Positions 59,401 through 64,000 of a DNA stretch of 64,000 nucleotides are shown one piece after another. A model generated the notes under the pieces. It saw nothing but the letters and a program-made list of their open reading frames with translations, was not told the origin of the DNA and did not search any database. The stretch's first letter is position 1. The number at the start of each line of letters is the position of its first letter. Made by a program: the position numbers and the translations under genes. This stretch comes from Perna viridis. Taxonomy: Eukaryota. The stretch lies in contig CM074524.1 in assembly GCA_037379345.1 (NCBI GenBank), positions 24,920,750 through 24,984,749 on the forward strand, in the 5' to 3' direction.

Positions 59401-61116
59401 ATACTTCAACTTTGTAAGCCAAACTCTCATCATCACAGTGGCTGTCAATCTTAGAGAACATGGCGTTACATAAACGTGGAATGATTCCCTGTCCTGTATC
59501 TTGGAATGTTCCCATCATGGTGTAGGATTTCCCTGATCCTAAAAATAGAACAAAATAAAAACGGAGGTTCAATTATTGTAATGTTTAGAGTGAAAATTTC
59601 ACTTGGAGATAACTCTTCTCTTTTTTTTTTGTGGTTTATATCCATTTAAAGAATAGTTCAATCCTGTAAAAAACCTTGGAGGAATCTGAATATCAACATG
59701 CAATAACACAAAAACATATATTTCTAAAGTAATAAATTGATAAATTTAAATATTGGAACAGTATAACTAGTATATTCATCAGCCAATTCTGTGACAAATT
59801 TCATTAAGAATAACTTCAACAAGTGCGATTTTTTTATCAATGGCTGGAGGATGGATGCGCTCAACCCCAGTTATGAGGGAGAACACAACTGGATGCTTCG
59901 ACCCCAGTTTTTTCCTCACGTTTATTAAAGTTACATTGTGTAAATCAGAAGCTTTGACCCTGGTTTTTTCCTTATATTACTAGGTAATTGGTTAATAAAA
60001 TAGGGTTTGCTTAAACATGTAAAAATTAGGATTGACAAGACTTCGTATGGGTAGCCACTTAATCTGGGAAACAGACTCAACTTCATTTTCTTATGAGAAA
60101 TCTTTTCTTGGACAGAAGCCTAAACAATGTGGTAGAATTATAACCAAAAAAATAACAAGAAGTACAGACTCAATATGTCTATTACAAAAAAAAAAAAAAC
60201 ATGTCATAATTTTACATATCAAGTCAGCCTGTCAACAGCTGATCCCTTCCAGACATTTTATATAATTAACTTTTTTCCTGTCACTTTCTATATTTTGCTT
60301 CTGATTCATGATTTTAACGGGATCACTAACTTCCTGTTGACACAGAATGCTGGTAATGCTGACTATTGACCACAAGTTTGGAGTACATTCATTATATCTA
60401 AGCCATAGAAATTTGGAAGCAACCTTCATTTCAGTCTGACAACTTGATTTTTCAATACGAGACAGGTGTTATCTACAACACTCCCTCAGAAACTGTAGTA
60501 TAAGTAATGTAACACTCAGGAACGTTTGGGACTTGTCTGGACTAATATGATCAGTCTGTGGTTTGTCAATTTCTCTACAAGGAAATACTTTGCCAATGCT
60601 GTGTTTAAAATCATTTTTCTATAATTTTTAGTTGTTTAATAATTCCCCAATATCTTTGTAAACCAACTATGATAACAATTTATTCCTAGCATTGTTTTTA
60701 AAACTTTAGATTACTCTGAACGACATCACAGTACTAGTAAGACCAGAGGTTGATGAAGATTAAGGAATACAATTCTTTATAAATGGGAGTATATTAGTTT
60801 CAGTATTTTACTCTATTGAATTATGAATTTTCTGTTTTCAAGCAACTATACATTTATGCAAACTTGAAACTTATAACACTTGCTTCCAGTCCCTTCTAGT
60901 ACATACCCAAGGGAGGCAAAATGTTTACCTAATGCTACCTGTTCTAGTTCTAAAACTTTACAGCACATTTTAAGTAGCCCTTTTTATTAGTATATGGCAA
61001 ATGCATTGTTTGCCTAATGTTACCTGTTTGCCCATATGCAAATATACAGGCATTGTATCCTTCAAAGGCTCTCTCCAGTACGCCACGACCTAAGGCATTA
61101 AATACTGTCTCTTGTC
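23309..61116 (-). CDS. KIF13: Kinesin-3 family motor, KIF13A/B-like (partial, 9 exons: 61024-61116, 59349-59538, 52944-53031, 52274-52408, 28295-28407, 27622-27733, 26267-26479, 24248-24358, 23309-23443)
   Basis: All exons have AG/GT ends with compatible phases and join into one frame. It contains the P-loop [21 protein letters not shown], switch [12 protein letters not shown], switch [16 protein letters not shown] and TLSTLRYA. The pre-FHA motif [19 protein letters not shown] is KIF13-type (KIF1 has LNEDPLMSECLLYYIK). Both ends of the gene lie outside the identified exons. Confidence 0.95.
24248..24358 (-). CDS. KIF13: KIF13 exon, CC1 ([37 protein letters not shown]), 111 bp
   Basis: Translated by hand; acceptor TTACAG, donor GTAAAT; TWEEKL kinesin-3 motif. 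Confidence 0.93.
24654..25594. mobile_element. Non-autonomous DNA transposon (Tc1/mariner-pogo/Tigger-like MITE), ~940 bp
   Basis: TIRs CAGTCGAACCTCG...CGAGGTTCAACTG, flanked by TA on both sides; subterminal (C/T)GA(G/C)TTATCCGAG-like repeats at both ends; no transposase ORF. Confidence 0.85.
26267..26479 (-). CDS. KIF13: KIF13 exon ([71 protein letters not shown]), 213 bp
   Basis: End of motor domain, neck linker and neck coil; acceptor TAATTAAG, donor GTTACA; phase 0/0. Confidence 0.93.
27622..27733 (-). CDS. KIF13: KIF13 exon ([38 protein letters not shown]), 112 bp
   Basis: Translated by hand; acceptor TTACAG, donor GTAGGA; phase 2/0; microtubule-binding alpha4-L12-alpha5. Confidence 0.95.
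28295..28407 (-). CDS. KIF13: KIF13 exon with switch II ([37 protein letters not shown]), 113 bp
   Basis: Translated by hand; acceptor TTTCAG, donor GTAAAT; phase 0/2. Confidence 0.95.
32144..32150 (+). promoter_or_regulatory. Candidate TATA box for nested gene A
   Basis: TATATAA ~85 bp upstream of the ATG; weak evidence in AT-rich DNA. Confidence 0.3.
32234..32366 (+). CDS. Nested gene A, exon 1: signal peptide ([24 protein letters not shown]...HSQQG)
   Basis: ATG followed by a hydrophobic core and a small-residue cleavage region; phase-1 donor CAAG|GTAAAT at 32367 matches the phase-1 acceptor TTCCATCAG at 33140 in the frame of the 1148-codon ORF. Confidence 0.8.
33141..36517 (+). CDS. Nested gene A, exon 2: uncharacterised type I membrane protein with a Gln/Asn/Pro/Gly-rich disordered ectodomain (~1169 aa spliced)
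   Basis: 3.4-kb stop-free ORF in AT-rich DNA; [26 protein letters not shown] (~36170-36242) followed by the RIRKKK stop-transfer; ~90-aa tail; AATAAA just after the stop. The track's start at 33071 is a TTG inside the intron. Confidence 0.88.
40960..42171 (+). CDS. Nested gene B: 403-aa single-exon protein with an N-terminal transmembrane anchor and a Lys/Ser/Glu-rich disordered tail
   Basis: 1.2-kb ORF; in-frame TGA about 30 nt upstream of the ATG; [27 protein letters not shown] followed by KFIKRPRR; a possible 5'UTR splice acceptor TTCTTTATAG ends at 40916. Confidence 0.8.
   Translation: MSQNANMKYMTASKTEIVSATVLITILTTLLGLNIIFYLICKFIKRPRRNSIPVDVKQVKRIKVKSASQISKDFEKEGLKMLMQQLQNSHSRRNSLADTKDLVPSEETEFGSTVHLPNTDVVINVEKESDIQIENSTADAKKETASNSKELKCSTSNKGNNSSKTNIFGKFASSLKTKNNKDPTANKQLKRVNSKKVIKNTTTKKKYMDDLNLEDFSDSDHTKKKSSKRLVKSQGGKSKKKTSLSIPQREQKKTEIDDGKSETIKHESSIEQNNQLTEINLNIQPEELPVEPKELPVENKKDELLLVNIVDTAQDKTSHETKMDEHSSYHDNKKQKELPIVNIEDTTQDRSFKGNEHQDKGFHGNTHINNVVAITLTTEEGFQSKLELGSELDLKHIKDQVKS
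45711..45888. mobile_element. Degenerate short CAGTG-ended MITE (related relics near 19475-19640, 29248-29380 and 44118-44275)
   Basis: CAGTGAATCCTGTCCAACCAAAAC...GTTTTGATTGCACAGGTTTCACTG inverted ends. Confidence 0.5.
46700..47202 (+). mobile_element. HINE/pearl-like non-autonomous element: two ~160-bp core repeats, GGA(T/C) microsatellite and a 3' hairpin
   Basis: TTCTAAGTCCAAGGGC..TAA...CATTCAACCATA is duplicated at ~46837 and ~46997; GGATGGATGGAC; terminal palindrome GTCCC...GGGAC followed by an A-run. Family assignment is by architecture only. Confidence 0.6.
47556..47670. repeat. 28-bp tandem repeat, ~4 copies (GAATGGTCC(A/T)GATGTATCTGTGTGATTT)
   Basis: Read directly; ~400 bp upstream of the LRR gene ATG. 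Confidence 0.85.
48064..50679 (+). CDS. Nested gene C: 871-aa single-exon leucine-rich-repeat type I membrane protein (signal peptide, LRRNT, ~12 LRRs, LRRCT, Thr/Ser mucin-like stalk, TM, short tail)
   Basis: [13 protein letters not shown]; repeats such as [28 protein letters not shown] and [14 protein letters not shown]; [17 protein letters not shown]...CTTP..YAGKTL...C; ~400-aa T/S-rich stalk; TM at ~50491-50568; no TIR domain; AATAAA near 50918. Confidence 0.93.
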   Translation: MKNSHCIFGSKGLILILWILISFCESKCPGSCTQCDKNSFGDIVNVTCRNSGDFQLIPRNIHNIVFQNGKLHLGILKDFYFLGIHDLESVKISNYQLTELWGPIFSNCSELTRIDFTNNKIHSISSENFEGPSALEILRLDKNEISILPDDVFKDLGSLKELYLADNQISVLTKLALNGLINLHKLDISRNVINSVEANTFSSLSNIEEIYLITNQLTSIHEHVYNGLARLRVLKLSHNSIVNILSNALRGTRITDLDLSWNKLAKIPTTLLKQISGKETSVNLQQNNIRVLTAYSLENVTLKFLNLALNKMARVEGRATVNCKVKYINMAVNLLTSLPATMENYLSSRINPELVLYKNPLICDCSIRWLGEFLLSHRWHRIPVCTTPLQYAGKTLSDYYLSSNDSCVTTTKSSITSVFPYSHINLSKKPTSRKPNIITQIQSSTNQVRSITAIFPSTSALKLTNNTPLSTGLQGKSSVKPTEKLTTSLTFKQPVYVSKSMNASPTLSPQPKVSTSHTTSTRSTTMSTTNNGPKQTTMISANQSTKATIFHSNTTKNTTSNKKLTTQYVKNTPILKTTKTPKKNSATYQTKQSISVTMPTASSTNLSTKQLKITLPGHSSYRSLNSSSTFTNKETSITTFLSKIQLLSTSTRSQNSIHKTIKTKTKGPLTTSTKVNNITLSPNTEPQALPTAAPRSDRQLNPTAAPHTDIYGNIIPPTRNHLSSKLTESTLLPLTGSTSHAKTLKTTHNSKNITIPATSIINFQNLTTGNISDSTQTSQTTKNKPITPKKHSTITMTTTVETDQSSNSSLLTIGLPILIILLIIIAILLFLLLFMRSSKEEEKEDLWPYYKYDRRTLGPANTVFKYKKCKQ
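51622..52313. repeat. ~77-bp tandem repeat, 9 units, built from the KIF13 exon 3' end and its splice donor
   Basis: Donor-like GT dinucleotides (minus strand) begin at 52273, 52196, 52121, 52045, 51968, 51896, 51819, 51743 and 51666; the last unit overlaps the coding exon. Confidence 0.93.
52274..52408 (-). CDS. KIF13: KIF13 exon with switch I ([45 protein letters not shown]), 135 bp
   Basis: Translated by hand; acceptor TTTTTAG, donor GTAGGT; phase 0/0. Confidence 0.95.
52944..53031 (-). CDS. KIF13: KIF13 exon ([29 protein letters not shown]), 88 bp
   Basis: Translated by hand (not in the ORF track); acceptor TTTCAG, donor GTAAAA; LKVREH..GPYV.GL kinesin-3 motif; phase 2/0. Confidence 0.95.
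58405..58595 (+). repeat. Dispersed ~190-bp repeat (other copies at ~42645-42830, ~10760-11260, and a more distant one at ~3140-3310)
   Basis: Shared blocks GGAACCA(G/T)GATTCTAGCAGAAATCAAAAGAAT, AACAT(A/G)AAATAA(C/T)CAAAATA and ATGAGCAAC..ACTCCA.TAAAAACTGGGA..ATGGACCA. Confidence 0.7.
59349..59538 (-). CDS. KIF13: KIF13 exon (SGKSYTMMG...[20 protein letters not shown]), 190 bp
   Basis: Acceptor TTTTTAG, donor GTAGGT; completes the P-loop; phase 1/2. Confidence 0.95.
61024..61116 (-). CDS. KIF13: KIF13 exon ([32 protein letters not shown]), 93 bp
   Basis: Acceptor TTACAG at 61117-8, donor GTAA at 61023; phase 1/1; first half of the P-loop. Confidence 0.95.
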
Positions 61117-61259
61117 CTGTAATAGAAAACAAGATAATTGTAATAGTTAGCAGTATATATTAAGATAAAATATTTAAAAGGAGTTCTATTTCTTCATCTG
61201 ATGTGTTAGTAGTAAAAAAATTTACATAATGTACAAGCTCTTTGTTTTTGTTTTATTTT

Positions 61260-62540
61260 TTAAGGGCTTTCCCTACATGGGAAAGACCATATTGTTTTTC
61301 TAATGTTTTTTTTTTTTCTTCTTCTTTCGTTATTTCCAAAATTTTCTTTGACATGGTCTCCCCTTTTCATCTTTCAAGATATCATTACATGATTTGGACA
61401 ATCGACAGAGCTTATTAAGGACTTTTACCAGATGACCATGTAAAGAATTCCATAACCCATTGTAAAAGTTATCTCCCTTTTATTTGCGTTTTTTTTCAAC
61501 ATGGTTCCCAGAACTCATTTTTCAAGATATTATGACCATATTTGGTGAACATGTAGATGTCATCAGGTTCAATTAGGAAATGACCGTGCTAAGGATTTTA
61601 TTACCATCTTTAAGAGTTATGTTCCTTTAAAACAATTTCTTTTAATCACTAATATCTTGAAAAGTATAATAGATAGAATAATTCTGGAAACTGTTTCATG
61701 TGCATACACAGACGGCCTAATTTATAAACATAAATTTGTATGCTGTTATCAAACCATATGGGAGTTATATCCCATGAAATAACATACTAAAATTTTAAAA
61801 ATTTATATTTCGAGAACCACAAGTTGTAGAGACATGGGACCTTCATCAATGATATTTGGTCTATGTGACCTTTCATTTGAACCTAAGGTCAAAGGTCACA
61901 GAGTGCTAGTTTTTTTCCTGTTCAACATTGACTTTTGACACGGCCCTGTTTTGTCATCTTTCAAGATAGCATTACAAAATTTGGACCATTGATAGACCTA
62001 TTTTAGGACTTTTAACGGATATCCTTGTGAAGATTTTCATCATCCATTGTAGAAGTTATCTTCTACTTATCACGGTCTTACCACTATGGTCAACATGGTC
62101 CCCCAAACTCATTAATCAGGATATCATTATCAAACTTGGTGAAAATGTAGATGTTATCATGATCTATTTAAAAATGACCCTGCTAAGGATTTCATTATCA
62201 TCTTTAAGAGTTATGTCCCCTTAAAACAATTTCTTTTAATTGCTCATATCTAGAAAATCATAATAGATAGAATCAATCTAAAAACTGTTTCATGTACACA
62301 AAAAGAAGACCTAATGAATAAACATAAACATGTATTTTATTATCAAACCATACAGGAGTTATATCCCTTGAAATATCATACTTAAGTTTTTCAAATTTAT
62401 ATTTCGAGAACCAAAGTTGTAGAAACATGGGACCTTCATCAATGATCTTTGATCCATGTAACCTTCCATTTGCATCCAAGGTCAAAGGTCATAGAGTGCT
62501 AGAAAGCTTTCTCACTGCAAACTGCAGGCCTTGATATTAA
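61260..62540. mobile_element. Non-autonomous element with a ~590-bp internal tandem duplication (HINE/pearl-like)
   Basis: Two diverged copies (~61367-61909 and ~61955-62502) begin TCATCTTTCAAGATA and end GGTCAAAGGTCA(C/T)AGAGTGCTAG; 5' short inverted repeat CTTTCCC..GGGAAAG and a T/CTT tract. Confidence 0.65.
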
Positions 62541-64000
62541 GAAAACGATAAGAGATAAGTGCATACATACAGCATATGAAATGACCTTCTTGATAATCCA
62601 TTCATTTTGAGACCAAATTTACACCTGTTAGACCGTCTGTTCAAAAGTTAGGAAAATTTTAATGTTTTGCATAATCCGGTTTGTGACCTTGACATCATTG
62701 TATTACCTTGACCTTGTTAGTTTTATCAAGGTCAGGTAATCTTATGACGTATGGTGGTAGTTTCATGTCTCTACGATTTCTGGTTCTGGAGTTTGTTATT
62801 GCATCGTATTTAAATAATCAGTGTGCTCAAAATGAGCTCTGCAATTGCCCAAATTATTTTGTAATTTTGTTGCATATGTTCTGTAGGTTATCATTCTTTT
62901 TTCAGATTTGAGACATCTTGTCTTGTTTTGGATCAGAGCGAGGGTATATATTTTTAAATCCACAATAGACACACAAATGATCAGTACATAGAAAGATCTG
63001 CTCAAGTACAACTGTTTGACACAATACCAAGGACCAATATAGAAAACCAATGATACTACAACAACTTAAAATTTTCATATTTTCCGATGGTTTGATATAT
63101 TTCATCAATACCTATTTACTTATTCTGGGCTGAAGGACTTACTGTAACACTTAGCATCCATCAAAAAAACAAAAGAGAAATGCAAAATATTTTCATACAC
63201 CTTTTTGCCTCAAAATCACCAACTTTTACACAGGCAAAATAAAACAAAGGCTGAAGTCTTCATAGTTGCTAATCATAAAATTTTCTTGGTCACTGATTTT
63301 GGCTTATTTTGAACATCAGAAAAGGCACAAATGCATTATGCTAAAAAATCGGAAACTGGGTAATATTACATAAATTCATTGCTAACCAATCATTTCATCC
63401 TTTAATGTAAACTTCCAAAAAAAACAAAAAAAACACACATAGACATGTGTATGAATATACGCTGTAGCGATATCTTTAGGTCGCTTATGATGTTGACCAG
63501 AGAACCAGATTAAGAACCAGATTAAACAACTGGCAATAATTATTCATAGATATCAGGGCCCTGCTATTGTATATGACTTATATAGTCTTTTAACAAGCCT
63601 CTGCCTGAATCGGAAACTGGGTAATGTTCAATGCCAATCGACCATTTCATGTACGCTTCCCGTTCTCATACAAGCAAGAAACACACTTAGAACACAGTTT
63701 TATATTTAAGAGGTACATTTTTATCTCGTATGAAGCTAGAACTATGACGCTGTGGCAGTAAATACTGCTAAGATCTGCAGCATTATGTGGCATATGGTAA
63801 CTATATATTTATGCAAATCATATGCGAATATTAAGTACTGAAATTACAAGTGCAAGAAGTCGTTAATATTGTTAAAAAACAGTATAAAAGGTGATCACAA
63901 TGTATTTAAAAGGCCAGTAATATTAGAATCTCTTAAGATATACCAATTAGTACAACTATTAAACACTTATCAAACTCAGTAAATTCATGAATTATAGAAG

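Overview
AT-rich (~30% GC) eukaryotic genomic DNA. The dispersed repeats (HINE/pearl-like elements, CAGT-ended TA-flanked MITEs) suggest a bivalve mollusc, but this is inference. The window lies inside a large minus-strand kinesin-3 gene of the KIF13 subfamily. I can read nine GT-AG exons (61116 down to 23309, 1190 nt, ~396 aa) that splice in frame and encode most of the motor domain, the neck coil/CC1 and the approach to the FHA domain; the 5' exons and the FHA-onward exons were not found in the window. One ~23.9-kb intron (28408-52273, between the switch-I and switch-II exons) holds three plus-strand nested genes, each encoding a single-pass membrane protein. These are (A) a two-exon ~1169-aa signal-peptide protein with a Q/N/P/G-rich ectodomain, (B) a 403-aa signal-anchored Lys/Ser/Glu-rich protein, and (C) an 871-aa LRR + mucin-stalk receptor-like protein. 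The start of the same intron is a ~77-bp tandem array made from the last ~40 nt of the kinesin exon plus its 5' splice site, giving 8 decoy donors. The rest is intronic DNA with minisatellites and non-autonomous transposon relics; most short ORFs in the track are spurious.
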